From NCBI GenBank assembly GCA_951406725.2, contig OX597819.1, positions 27,776,001 through 27,840,000 of the forward strand: DNA of 64,000 nucleotides, given 5' to 3'. The stretch is from Octopus vulgaris. Lineage: Eukaryota. Positions 39,170 to 52,350 of the stretch are shown piece after piece. Position 1 is the stretch's first letter; every line of letters begins with the position of its first letter. The notes beneath the pieces are model-generated. The model was given only the letters and a program-made list of their open reading frames with translations. It had not been told where the DNA came from and searched no databases. A program made the translations under genes and the position numbers.

Positions 39170-41295
39170 CACTCAATCTCTAGATATGTAGTAAATATCT
39201 CATAGTAGATGATTATTTTCTCTGAGATAGTGATCATCGATAACGACTTATATGATTCTTAAAGGCGCTTTTATGTTAGCAGCAATGTTCAACCATTTTT
39301 TTTTCGTTTTTAATATAAAAATATTAACTCTCAGTTTCACAGAAAAAATTTCGGTTTCGTTTTATTGACCATTTTTAATCATTGCCGATTATTAACGGTT
39401 ATGCAATTATTATTTTTTTTAATTATTTATTATTTACTTTCATTCATTCATTTATTTATTTATTTATTTATTCATTCATTCATTCATTCATTCACTGTTA
39501 TTCTTCGCCATTACATCTTCATAAAACGAAAGATTGCCACTGAATGGGGTTCCTTACAGAACTTTGTCCCTTACTCTGTCCTGTACTCTTCATTTACATT
39601 AACACACACACACACACACATTCTAATATATTACCCAGAATAAATACAGACCGGGCGGCACATTGGGTTCTTGAGCAAGGTGCTTCATTTCATGTTGATC
39701 GAGTCTTCTCGGTTGAAATTGAATAGCAGGCAAGGGGCACGGCAAGTACAGCCTCTACTTGCCACATCTTGGACGTACCGCTAAGTCAAAGTGTGGGAAA
39801 AATCAAGAAGGTATCTGTGCATGTGTTCGTTCGCGATTATCCAAGCATCTAAAACAATTAGCGAAAGCGTGACAAATATTACCAAGCCGTGTTTGTTTGC
39901 CGGTTCTGGCTGTTCCCTTAAGTACAGTTGATAGCAAAGAAGAAAATGGAACAAAAGCCGTGATACTGAGAGGAGAAATGCAACACTGATGAGAGGGCAA
40001 ACTCAAAAGGAAATAAATACTGAAACTAAAATGAGAATGATGCGAAGATTGCCTTCTTTTCATCATTACTGTGAAGCGAATTACAGAAAATAGATAAGGT
40101 ATCGGACATGTTACTAGGTTTTCTTACGTTTATCAGCTTGTTAGACGTCTTTTATCGATAGTATTCCACAGCTGCAATTTCATGTTGATGTTATTTATAC
40201 ACACATCAATAAATAATCAAAATCCGTATCTTTAAGATGGCCATAGGGACACAACTGCCTCTATCTATCTTTTCAGATCATCAACCAACTTCGGGTTTGC
40301 CAGCTTATCTCTGTCCATTTTTTTAATGTAGACCTTGGTGGATGCTGACTATTTTCAGCAGTGGTAGATTTCATAACTTTCCCTACTTATATGAATCTCA
40401 GGCTGAAGTGGTTACAATATCCAAAGTATCTTTGCTCTGGAGTATCTGACCACCAAAGATGCGAGCTAAAGCACAAACAGTAACAAAATATAGCAGCGGA
40501 GAGGTATCCAAAAGTCATAACTTTAGAGTGTAAGAAGTTACGATTCGAAACAGTTATATGAACGGGGGCTTCTTCTCTGAAGACCTTCTGCTGTTCACTT
40601 CTCCTTAGAGTTTTTTTATTACCGTAGAGTCTTATAACATGAGTAAACTATTATATTTTCTATATTTTAAAAATCGCGACAATTTCTTCTATACCTATCC
40701 CATTGGGTCGATGCCCTGCATACGGTTTGGGAACTGATGCATAGAAAAAGAAGAAACATGACTCAAAAAACAAGTCAACAAACAAATTGAGGTTAACTAA
40801 CTGTTAAGAACGACGACCAAAGTAAATTCACAAATGCAGACAGCAGTCATCGAAATTTTTAAGAAAGCATTACAAATGCAAGGTATTGAATTTTATCACA
40901 CAGAACTTGTTTTTTCGTCAGCAATTATATTTAGATACTCGACTCATCGTTTGATTGCTCAAGTTGCATTCAAATAATCATGAATGATATTAAATAATCT
41001 GAAAGATGATACTTAATTCTACAAAGAGTGAGACCACATTCAAACACTAGTTTGAACAAGACTCTGCCACTGGTGTCTTTTCGGCAAACAATAACAGCTA
41101 ATTGCTAGAATTTCTCCAACTAAATAAAACAAGGTAAGTTGGTTTATTTAATCTATTTAAGACTATCACGCTATCTTAAGGTTGGCGTTATTGCAGTAAT
41201 ACGTGCTTTATACAAAATGATTGTGAGTGTGTGAGTGTATGTGTCTGAGGGTGCTTGCATGCATATACTCAGATTTTGATTTCTATTTATTGTAC

Positions 41296-41331
<36 letters not shown>

Positions 41332-41339
41332 GCGTGTAT

Positions 41340-41433
<94 letters not shown>

Positions 41434-41766
41434 CAAGGATGTACAGGTGTTAATACATTACGGCCGTTTCAAGCAGCTCCATTTAATTGATCAATGAAAA
41501 CATTACATCAATTTGAAAGAAACCACTCACTTCAGACACAGATAACAATTTAGATTCCAAACACAAAGGACAAACCATTTTAAACAAATTTGCATCAATA
41601 ACAGAAACCACAGATATAACATAAGAAAACAATGTTAATAATCTTTCTTCGATGAACTGGGCCCATAATGTTTGCTTTTCGGTTTTTCACTATCTTCTGG
41701 CTTTTTAAACATGATATTAAATGAAAATTATCATAAATTGGAATTAATATTCACATATATGTAGAG

Positions 41767-42065
41767 GTAGAGGCGCAATGGCCCAGTTGTTACGGCAGCG
41801 GACTCGCGGTTGTAGGATCGCGGTTTCGATTCCCAGACCGGGCGTTGTGAGTGTTTATTGAGCGAAAACACCTAAAGCTCCTCGAGGCTCCGGCAGGTGG
41901 TGGTGGCGAGCCCTGCTGTACTCTTTCTCTCACATTTTCTTCTGTTGGCCTGCTCGCTTAGCCAGCGGGGTGGCGTCATTTGAAGGCTAAAACAATGCGA
42001 AGCGCATTGTGACCAGCGATGTGTAGCAACATCTGATAGCCTGGTCGGTCACGGTGATCACGGTG
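41767..42065 (+). mobile_element. Chimeric SINE: family C head plus tail Y
   Basis: 12-bp TSD atatatgtagag; first ~170 bp match family C, then a distinct tail ending cacggtgatcacggtg. Confidence 0.9.
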
Positions 42066-42529
42066 ATATATGTAGAGAGGGGAAAGTATATACAGCCGCT
42101 ATTACACTAGAAGGAAGCGAACAACGGAAATTAACAAAAGAACTGCTGAGCGATGCCTATTACGAAGCTCACCTGTTTAAAAATGTAAATGAATTTTCTG
42201 AATATTCCATTCATTTTACCGATACATGTTTAAACTTCTAATGAATTTGTTAGATGAGGAAACCAAACCTACTGTAAAAACGTGTTTCAACGAATTTGAA
42301 AGAAAATGATGTATAAAGTTCGCAGATGCTAAAAAAATTAGCCTGTAGTTTTTAGTTATTTTTTATTAGGTTAACACATCATATTTGTGTGTAAACAAAA
42401 TACTTTTGCCCAGATTTTTTAACTTTAAAATTAAGAGTATGTACGAGGTGATATCAAAACGTTCCCGGACTAGCTATGTGTAGCATACGCTTAGTGAAAT
42501 TCTCTTTCTCTCTCTCTCTCTCTCATATA

Positions 42530-42960
42530 TATATAACATAAATACGGACGTAGCAGATAGCAGCAAACCTTCGGTGGCTTGGGCCCTGTTGTGTCCACTA
42601 CTCTGATTGGTTGGATTTGACGCAGTTTGTCTCTTGTTCTATTACGCGCCAATGTGCAACCCAACCAATCGCAGCCTTCTGATAAGGTCCCGTGACAGTT
42701 TTTCTAAAGCTCCGTTTGAGCCTATAATTTGCTATAAAACACAGCGATTCATCGAGTCGAACGTCTTTGGTTCTAGACCACTGACCACAGAGCACCCAGC
42801 CAGTTCCAGCGACAGACAGCCAGTTCCAGCGACAACACCAACACTAGCAGTATTCAGGACCTCCATCTCCGTCGCCTTCACCTTATCGATGCCAACAACA
42901 TCTTTACGTACACAGCAACTCCGCTTAGGTTTAACTTCTCACTGTTTGTGAATACTTCAC
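42530..42960 (+). mobile_element. Possible LTR fragment
   Basis: CCAAT boxes, TATAAAA, short direct repeat cagccagttccagcgaca x2; truncated by a Helitron. Confidence 0.35.
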
Positions 42961-43176
42961 AACCAAAAGCGGGTATCTTATAGTCGTGATTCATATCGAG
43001 CCCGTCTGGGTATTAGCGCGCGTCTACGATGAGTCTACGATTTAAAAAAAATTTACCATCATTTTTCCGCATTTTTAATGCATCTTTTTTGCTATTATAT
43101 AAGGGAAGTAATTCTCTAAAAATGCTTATATAGTTATTTCCCTTACAAACCCGAGCAACGCCGGGCGATACTGCTA

Positions 43177-43177
<1 letters not shown>
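42961..43177 (+). mobile_element. Non-autonomous Helitron, 5'-truncated
   Basis: 3' hairpin and CTAG|T intact. Confidence 0.88.
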
Positions 43178-43235
<58 letters not shown>

Positions 43236-43519
43236 CATATTCATATACAGTAACTATATGAAAGCATTATTGCTGTTAAAAACAGTAATACTGAGGCGGT
43301 TAGCAAGACTTCTACCTTAATAAGTATAATATTAAATATTTGAATAGAAGAAGGGTGAAAATACCGCTTGCTAAAGATGAAACCGAAAGCTAAATACATA
43401 CACGAGCAATGCAATGAACACCTTAAAAAATAGGCCTACCTTCAGGATGGAATTTGAAGATAGTTTACATACCCCAATATTAATTGATTTCATGCTGTGC
43501 ATGAGAAACCATATATTTA

Positions 43520-44385
43520 TATATATACACATATATTAATCGAAGTGTATATTACTATATATCCATTGCAGTCGATCTTACCAATCGGTTTCGCGCCAGA
43601 GTTTCTACAGAGTGCTGGGTAACAGCCCGATAACGCAACTCCACGCTCTTTAGCGATGGTAGTTATGGAATGAAGCATGGCGACTGCGCTCTGTGGCTGG
43701 AGATGAACAGACATATTCGGTTTATGCTTGCCGTGAAAAAAGACGCTGAAATCTAACCGAGCAAGGGTTAACTTAAGAGTTATGTCCCTTGGCACCAAAG
43801 CACAGTCTCTAGGGATGTTCAAGGCGACAACCTTTTTCGAGAAAAGAGTGTACGGAAAATGTGTGCATGTTATATGGTTGATATTCTAGTAGAATTGGAA
43901 TATGTACAGCGTTTTCGGGGGTGAGATGGTGTGGGTGGGGCAGGTGCTCAAAGGCTGCATAAGCAATCTGTGTGTTCGTTTGTATGTATTTTTGTTTGTT
44001 TGGGTTAAAGCTTTGATTAATTCTTTGGCGCATTTATATATGCATGGAGTGTGTGTAGCGGCTTAGATTGAGGATGTGGAAAGGGCCTATTGGGTGGATG
44101 TCCGCCGTGTGTGTCTGTGAGTGCGTTCTGGTGAAACTCCTTACCGGATTCTCGGGTATTGGAGGTGAGAGGGCTGAAACTGGGCAGTTAAAGTCACGAT
44201 GGGGCATGTCGGTATGATAAGATGTACTTCCTTTCGTGTGGGCGGGAATTAAAATTTTCATTTCTGCTGTTCAGGTAGATGCCTGGATGCTGAGAGTTCT
44301 TTAATATCGCTTTTTTCTCAGTCAGGCATAAACTGCACTTTCTGCTGCTATTGAAGTAAGCTTTTCTTTCTCTAATTGCATACAT
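43520..44385 (-). mobile_element. Penelope-like element 3' end
   Basis: IRERKAYFNSSRKCSLCLTEKKAIL...LNSRNE matches the C-terminus of Penelope GIY-YIG domains; terminal ctgtagaaactctggcgcgaaacc motif. Confidence 0.75.
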
Positions 44386-45417
44386 CATGTAGGTATATAT
44401 ATTACAGCATATATCATGTAGGTATATATATTACAGCATATGTACATCTGTATGCGTGTGTATATGCACTTATTACATGCTAAACTTCTTGGATGTCTTA
44501 CATATTTTGATCGTTCCTTTTGATAACTTGTCGCTGGAATATCTTGGTTAGCTGGGGGGGGTTGTCTGACTTTGTGAAACCCATCTACGGATTGCTGCTT
44601 GGGGCCGTTACTCACGCACCCAACTGCCCCAAGCAACACGTTGTATCCTTGGGCAAGGCACATCGTTCCATGTTCGCCCTACCGACTCAGCTGAAGTTGA
44701 GTACTATCTAGTTGCTGGTGTATCCCCACCTCTCCCTCTCTAACTGTCACATCCTGGATGTTTCGCTGGGTCAAAGATGGGAGAACCAAGAGTGTCTGCG
44801 TCTGTTCAGGATTCCAGAGGCGCCTAAAATGATTATCGAAAGCATGGTAGAATCTATCACGTCATACATGCTTACAAATGACGGCGAAGTTTCAGCGAGA
44901 GAGAGAGAGAGGAGAGGGAGAGAGGGAGAGAGAGAGAGAGAGAGAGAGGAGCGAGAGGAGGAGGAGATAATTATAATATTATTGAAGCTGTTTTATTTCT
45001 CGTGAAACGAAATATATAAATACACAATGGCATTTATTATGAGTGACATTGGTGGCAAGCTGGCAGACTGGTTAGCGCGTCGGCGAAAATGCTTAGCGGC
45101 ATTCCTTCCGGCTCTTTGCATCCTGAGTTCAAATTCCGCCTTTCATCTTCTCGAAGTCGGCAAAATAGGTACCTGTTGAGCACTGGGCGTCGATATAATC
45201 AACTAGACCCCTTTCCTTTAAAATTTCAGGCCTTGCGCCTATAGTAGAAAGAATTATGAATGCTAGTTTGTGGATGGAAGGTTGGCAGGGTGTATTCAAT
45301 AATTTAATTGCATAAAGAAGTCCCCGTGTATTTGAATATTTTGTTACTAAAACGCAAGGAATGAGTGAAATAACAAATTTGTGATGTCAGAAAGCATAAG
45401 ATTATGTGGGCAAAAAT

Positions 45418-45828
45418 AGGAGTGGCTGTGTGGTAAGTAGCTTGCTAACCAACCACATGGTTCCGGGTTCAGTCCCACTGCGTGGCATCTTGGGCAAGTG
45501 TCTTCTGCTATAGCCCCGGGCCGACCAATGCCTTGTGAGTGGATTTGGTAGGCGGAAACTGAAAGAAGCCTGTCGTATATATGTGTGTGTGTGTGTGTGT
45601 ATGTGTGTGTTTGTGTGTCTGTGTTTGTCCCCCTAGCATTGCTTGACAACCGATGGTGTGTTTACGTCCCCGTCAATTAGCGGTTCGGCAAAAAGAGACC
45701 GATAGAATAAGTACTGGGCTTACAAAGAAGAAGTCCCGGGGTCGATTTGCTCGACTAAAGGCGGTGCTCCAGCATGGCCGCAGTCAAATGACTGAAACAA
45801 GTAAAAGAGAGTAAAAGAAAGAGAGTAA
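45418..45828 (+). mobile_element. SINE family A, full length
   Basis: Near-identical to 34398. Confidence 0.95.
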
Positions 45829-45896
45829 ATAAATAAGATAAAACATCTCCCGCGCCTACTTTATTAAAGAAAACAAAGGATGTTTTATATCAGTGA

Positions 45897-46228
45897 GTGA
45901 AAGCGTGTGGCTTAATGGTTAGAGTATTCGGTTCACGATCGTAAGGTCATGAGTTCAATTCCTGGTGACGTGTTGTGTCCTTGAGCAAGACACTTTATTT
46001 CACGTTGCTCCAGTCCACTCATTTGGCAAAAATGAGTAGCACCTGTATTTGAAAGAGCCAGCCTTGTCACACTCTGTATCACGCTGAATCTCCCTGAGAA
46101 CTACGTTAAGGGCACACTTATATATATGGAGTGCTCAGCCACTTGCATCTTAATTTCACGAGCAAGCTGTTCCGTTGATCAGATCAACTGAGATACTCGT
46201 CTTCGTAACCGACGGAGTGCCAGCGAGA
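45897..46228 (+). mobile_element. SINE family D (tail X)
   Basis: 12-bp TSD ttatatcagtga. Confidence 0.9.
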
Positions 46229-46637
46229 TTATATCAGTGAATCGTATTACGAAAAATTAGTTTTAAAATCGATTCTTAACCCCATTGGAGGCCTGACTGA
46301 ACAGACCTATGATCAAAGATGTTTCCATCACGGCCGTCGCATCTCTCACAACCACCTATTGTGTATCAAATACAACATTACGCAATGGATTTAATTCCAG
46401 AATTGGAGGGGTCCGAGATTAGCCTGCATTCGTAACGAGTAATGTGAAGTAAATAGTGGGTGCCGCTTATTATAATCACGAATGGTATTGAAGTTATTAT
46501 CAAAATAAGTGGATTTCCTCAAACAGGCTAAGGATATTAACTTTTCAGCTTAATGTTATCTGCTGGCTACCATGCCGTCCGTCTTTTCTAATCATAATAT
46601 GCAGCTTCCGTCGTAGTAATAAAAATTAAAAAATAAA

Positions 46638-47032
46638 TCTTTATATATAAAAGTCAATTTGTGTGTCTGTCTCCTACGATTTAGATTCCTAACTACTCCC
46701 ACATTTTGCGGTGTGGTTTAACCAAAACCAGGTATCTTATAGTCGTGATTCATATCGAGCCCTTCTGGGTATTAGCGCGCGTCTACGATGAGTCTACGAT
46801 TTAAAAAAAATTTACCATCATTTTTTCCATTTTAATGCATTTTTTCGCTATTATATAAGGGAAGTAACTCTCTAAAAATGTCTACGATGAGTCAACGATT
46901 TAAAAAAAAAATTACCATCATTTTTTTTCCATTTTTAATGCATTTTTTTGCTAATTTTTTGCTATAACTCTCTAAAAATGCTTATATAGATTTTCCCTTA
47001 CAAGCCCGAGCAACGCCGGGCGATACTGCTAG
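46638..47032 (+). mobile_element. Non-autonomous Helitron
   Basis: A|TC...hairpin CTAG|T; internal tandem duplication. Confidence 0.92.
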
Positions 47033-47059
47033 TGCAATATAAATGTTTCTTTGCGATAA

Positions 47060-49110
47060 TTACATATATTTTTTATTTAATTCATATTACTACTATATCT
47101 TTCCATTATCCAATCTCTCCTCAACTTTAAGGCGGTAGGATTTGATGAGGGACGATCGGCTGCTATTTACAGTAAGCGTGGAGAGCCGTGCAAAAATTTC
47201 CATGCGGGTCCTTAAGAGTGACGACGCAACAACTGTTCTACAAAGAAAAAAAAAAAAAACGGATGTTTTCATAAACAATCTTTGATTGGTGACATTTTTA
47301 TTAGAGTAAACTGGAGTGGAATTTTTTATTCATCAGAGCTCATATCACCAACTACAAAATAACATATTCTAACCCCCAAAATTATTAAATTTGTATTATA
47401 TTTGGTAGTAAACGTAACGTCAGAAGGTCCAATGGAAAATTTTTTAATGAAATTTTAAAAAGTAACTGGAGACCGTTTTGAAGGAAAACATTAGGCGACA
47501 ACGCCATCTTTGCATCACGTGATATCTATGGATGCCTAGTAGTGACTCAATTGGCTTGCCAACAATATACGCAGCTTAAAAGTGGAATTTTAAAAATTTT
47601 TGTTTTGATGTGAGGAAGAGGTTGAGGGAGTGTAACGTTTCGGATAGAACCCCTTCGTCGGGAAGTCATGTTAAGTGGTGATAGCGAAGAGATGAGGTAA
47701 ATTGTTCGCTAGGAAAAAAAGATAACTAAAGAAAAAAAAATCGAAATCTCAATAGTTTTATGCATTTTAATAGGACGACACACTTCATAATTAACCATAC
47801 TGTTTCCTGGTAACTTCCAGTTTTGGGGGTTTTCAATTTGTGAGTACAACGTAGGATTTCCCGACAAATTTTAATTTCAAAGCTAAAAAATTATACAGAA
47901 ATTTACAAAAAAAAAAAAATTAAAAAAAAAAAAAAGAAAATTTTATTACAACGCAGTATAAAAACTATAAAAGATATAAATAAAACACAAAAGAAGTAAA
48001 ACAGACAGACAGAGAAGAAGAAGAAAAAAAAGAAAAGGTGAATAATAAAAGTCTAAACTAACCATTATTCATGACGCGGCATCATGATGCGGTAAGAAGA
48101 AAAGAAACGGGATCAGTAGTAATATAGGAGACGCTGTGTTTTAATAATTTCGCTTTAAGCCATCCGTAGCATATCACGTGCCGACTGTGTTTGGTCCTCC
48201 ATGCTAGAACCAACTACCAGCGGATTTAAAAACGTTAAAACCAACAACAAGGCCTAGCAAAAAAAAAACACACAACACACACCCAAAAAAAGATATCAAA
48301 ACAAAAACTATAAACACCTCGGACAGACGTTCGTCTTCTAGAATTTCATTTTTCGCTGTTAATCAAATCCATTTCTCTCTGTCCGACGTAGTTTATATAA
48401 TAACAACAACAGATTGAATATTTCCTTACCGTCGTAAACAAACAACCAAAGTAGAGAGAGACAAAAAATCATCAATTTTTTACCTTTTTCCCGTATTTCT
48501 TTCCCGTATTTCTCCAATCCCTTGAATTATTATTTCACATTTTTTCTTTTTGAAATACCTTCTATATCAATTTTAATATTACCTACACATCTTACACATA
48601 TCTTCTGTATCTAAAACATCCTATATTACCTGAAAGCATTACATATATACATTGCATAGATTTCGATACAATTTTGAATCTGTCAACACATCTTGCCTTA
48701 TTTCACATTTTTCTTTTTAAAATACCTTCTATATCAATTTTAATATTACCTACACATCTTACACATATCCTCTGTATCTAAAACATCCTATATTACCTGA
48801 AAGCATTACATATACATTGCATAGATTTCGATACAATTTTGAATCTGTTGTCAACACATCTTGCCTTATATTCTCCCAAACATCCAAAAGATATCAAATA
48901 CACGCATGTCACATCAACACTGCATTACACAAAATACTTTTGTTGCTTCTTTAATAACCCATCCTTACGTCTCTATAGTTTGTTGTTGTTTTTCTCCTAA
49001 CATATATAAATAACTACAACAACAAGCAGCATTTGGCTGCTTTTTTTCTTCCAACTTCTACTTTCTGTTCTCTGTCCATCTCCATCTCTCTCGGCTTCCC
49101 GTCACCGTTC
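47060..49110 (-). ncRNA. Candidate spliced non-coding transcript divergent from the AMFR promoter
   Basis: Minus-strand splice signals: exon 49110-48969 (gtttcag|...|gtaagg); donor at 48430|48429; exon 48253-48063 (tttttgctag|...|gttagt); terminal exon from 47237 (tttctttgtag|) with AATAAA at 47077-47072. No long ORF. Confidence 0.35.
48531..48868. repeat. Tandem duplication, 2 x ~168 bp
   Basis: Units start at 48531 and 48699 and are nearly identical. Confidence 0.95.
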
Positions 49111-49315
49111 CTGAAACAACACCAAGGAAGTTAAACGATATTCGCAATGCCTTGACTCTAGACATTATTATGTAAATTTATATATCGGTTTCTATATCTC
49201 TCTCTTATCTCATAGATATAGATAAAATAACTCGATATATAATTTACACACCCACACCACTCATAATAGATACCACATACAATCTCCTCTCTCTCTCTCT
49301 CATACACCCACACTA

Positions 49316-49626
49316 CACAAATAGGCACAAAAATCTCTTCCCCCATATACACCCCTCACGTATATATATATACATATATATATATATCTATATGTACACA
49401 TGCAATTTCCCCTCTCTTTTTTACACGTATACACATAAATCTTTCTTTCTCCTATCATATCTTCCTCACAAATAGGCCCAAAAATCTCTTCCCCTATATA
49501 CACCCCTCACGTATATATATATATATATATATATACATATATATGTGTGTGTACACAGGCAATTTCCCCTCTCTTTTTTACACGTATACACATAAATCCT
49601 TCTTTCTCCTATCATATCTTCTTCCT
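49316..49626. repeat. Tandem duplication, 2 x ~151-160 bp
   Basis: Units start at 49316 and 49467. Confidence 0.93.
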
Positions 49627-50520
49627 CTCTCTCTCTGTTTCTCCTAATCTCTTCTGACGAAATAAAACAAAACTAAAACATACAGCAACAAACAGCAAAC
49701 ATTTTCCTTTTCAATCTTAGTTATATTTTTCCTCTCAACACCCCCCTCTCACTCTCTCTCTCTCTCACCCTCTCTAATCTGTGTCGTTTATAATCTGTCC
49801 GTTCTTTTTCGATTACCATTTCGTTCGTTTATACGTGTGTCGAAGCTACAATTCCGGTTCTAGTTTAAACATCTCTTATATAGCGTGTCAGCTACACAAA
49901 TGGGAAGAAAATTGTCAAAAATATATATATCACTGAGGAATTTCTTAAGTGAAAACAAAATCAATACAACAAGCAAAGAGTGACTTAAACCAGTTATATA
50001 CATATATATATATACACATATATAAAACTTGTAAAATAAGACGAAACGCAAAACAAGCAAAATTCCAGACAATTTAAGATGTGTAAATTACTATCATCAA
50101 ATAACTTGCATCTATCCGGTTGCTTACAAGAGGTTTAGACAGTTCGTTACTTTCATTTAAGCACCAACAATACTTATAAAGACAAGGGACAATAAGCTAC
50201 CTAAGGCCCTTAGGGAACATACAGACAATATATATATATATATACACACATATTACTCGCCCACATGCATACACCTCTAAATTCATATATATATATATGA
50301 AATAACACATTTTTAACATATATTTGTCTGAAACAACAACCATAGACAATCACCCCAACCTACTGAACAAGTAACCTAATACTTCGGTTGTTTCATTCTC
50401 TACTCTAGTAGCTGTTGTTGTTGTAGTAGCTGCTGGTGGAGGTGTGTTAGCTTTAGTAGTGCCTGCCGGCTTTGGTGCTGGTAAATAATAATTATTTGGT
50501 GTTACCGAACGGAACCAAAG

Positions 50521-50829
50521 ATGCCTGTTTTCTTATTAGAACGGATCCCTTTTCCTAGTCTTAGGACGTACACGACGGGTAGCGTGCTTTTCTTTAGTTG
50601 TGCCTTGCTCTACGCCTGTCGGGAGAACAAGTTCGGTGTGTTCAATTCGGCCGCCGACTATGCACGATCTTCACCTTTGGAGCTACCAGAAACAGACGGT
50701 GATAGTGGTACCAAGAAATTCGAAAGCAGCGAGTTGAATGATCCCAACGAGGATGGTTTCCATAGCTGGCTGCTAGAATTATTCGGCTTCAAAGTGTGTG
50801 GTCTCCTCGAAAATGTATGGCTTCTCGGG
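50521..50829 (+). CDS. AMFR: E3 ubiquitin-protein ligase AMFR (gp78), first coding exon (103 aa)
   Basis: MPVFLLERIPFPSLRTYTTGSVLFFSCALLYA matches human AMFR MPLLFLERFPWPSLRTYTGLSGLALLGTIISA, followed by an acidic loop and LLENVWLLG (human LLSDSLFVW). Phase-0 donor GGG|GTACGT at 50829/50830. CpG-rich relative to flanks. Confidence 0.92.
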
Positions 50830-52028
50830 GTACGTTGCTTTCTTCATTCGCTATTTGTGTGTGTGTTCGCGTGCATGATTTTCTTTTTGAAACTTTTTTC
50901 TTGTCTCCTTATTATTATTATTTTTTTTGAGTCTATGTTGAAACCTTTACTTATTTATATACATGTCATGTATTACTCTTGTCAAGACAGGCATGGATGT
51001 CGTCACATCGATTATGTTTATGGAAGCTTAAAAATCCGTAAGGATTGTTCCAGCACGAAATTTGGACCAGCCAAGATCCTCTGCCTGGTCACTCGACCGA
51101 CTAGAAATTTTCATGAAATACGCTTCAAATGGAACCCTACTCTTCTTAAATGGACACACTGGATAGTCTGGTAGTTTCAGACATGCTTCTAAAATTAGGG
51201 GGAAATCACGGCTGGAAAGCTTTAATTATATATATAATGTCTGCTAGATTAGGGACTACATCATTACATGTATTCTTTATTTTGATGGGATTTGAAAAGT
51301 AAATTACTGCTGTTTCTAGCATACCAAGCAAGTGCGTAGTAGTGCTGTGGTTCTTAATTTTTTTTTAATACTCGGGGTCAGATCCAGGATTTTCTTTTAG
51401 GGGGCCGCGCAAAAAAAAAAAAATAATAAAAACAAGGAGTAAAACGCACCTCAAAAAAAATTATGTTTAGAGGGAAAACCGTCGAGGACCGCAGTTAAGA
51501 ACCGCTGGCATAGAGGCTAAGTCGATCAACACGTAGTTTTAATGATAGCTGTTACCTTTATCAATATCCATGAAATTCTGTCAGATTTTTTTTTCCACAC
51601 TGAACGTACGAGTGGACCTTCGGTACATGGGTCACCTGTCACCTACGAAAATTAGCAACCATATTTCATTCAAACAGCTCCGCATTCTTCTTTTCTCTTG
51701 AAAAGAGGGAAAATATATATTTGAAAAAAAAACAAAAAAAAACATCGTATGATAAATATTTGATGTGTAAGCAGCAATGTTTACGCATTCATGGAGAAAT
51801 TACGGAAACCAAATTGTTTACAGGCGTGTGTGTATGCTATGCTCTACATAGCGTTACTACGTCTTAACTGGCCAGTTGTGTGAATAAACGTATATAATCA
51901 AACATACACCAATGTATATATAAGTTACAATATCGTAAAAGTCTCCTAATACGGTCATTTTTCATTGTTTTATTACACACACAATAATAATTACTACTTA
52001 AAATATTGTTTCTGTAATTTGTTTTTAG

Positions 52029-52101
52029 TCCTACTCCGCCCCCGTCCCCGGTAAATACCATGTCTGCCACCGTCCTTCATCGGCAGTGTTTGTTGCAGTA
52101 C
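52029..52101 (+). other. Candidate alternative exon in AMFR intron 1 (alternative ATG exon or 73-nt frameshifting cassette)
   Basis: Acceptor tttgtttttag|52029, donor TAC|GTAAGC at 52101. ACCATG at 52060 gives MSATVLHRQCLLQY ending in phase 0. GC-rich island with CCGCCCC. Confidence 0.35.
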
Positions 52102-52151
52102 GTAAGCAAAGGTTCTCATAGTCTGGAGAGTGGAGGGTCAGTGATATATTT

Positions 52152-52350
52152 GGCGGTGTGCTGGCAGAAACGTTAGCACGCCGGGGCGAAATGCTTAGCA
52201 GTTTTTCGTCTGCCTTTACGTTCTGAGTTCAAATTCCGCCGAGGTCGACTTTGCCTTTCATCCTTTCGGGGTCGATAAACTAAGTACCAGTTTGTCTGTC
52301 CTTGTTTGTCCTCTCTGTGTTTAGCCCCTTGTGGGTAGTAAAGAAATAGA
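52152..52350 (+). mobile_element. SINE family B
   Basis: Homology with an internal deletion; gatatatttg repeated on both flanks. Confidence 0.88.

Noticed and set aside
41020-41140. Plus-strand exon ending at the perfect donor AAG|GTAAGT (41133)
   Set aside because: No convincing acceptor, ORF or partner exon; a lone consensus donor is expected by chance in 64 kb.
50830-51174. C-terminal half of the 217-aa ORF 50521-51174
   Set aside because: AMFR similarity ends at the GTACGT donor; the remainder is T-rich intron read-through.
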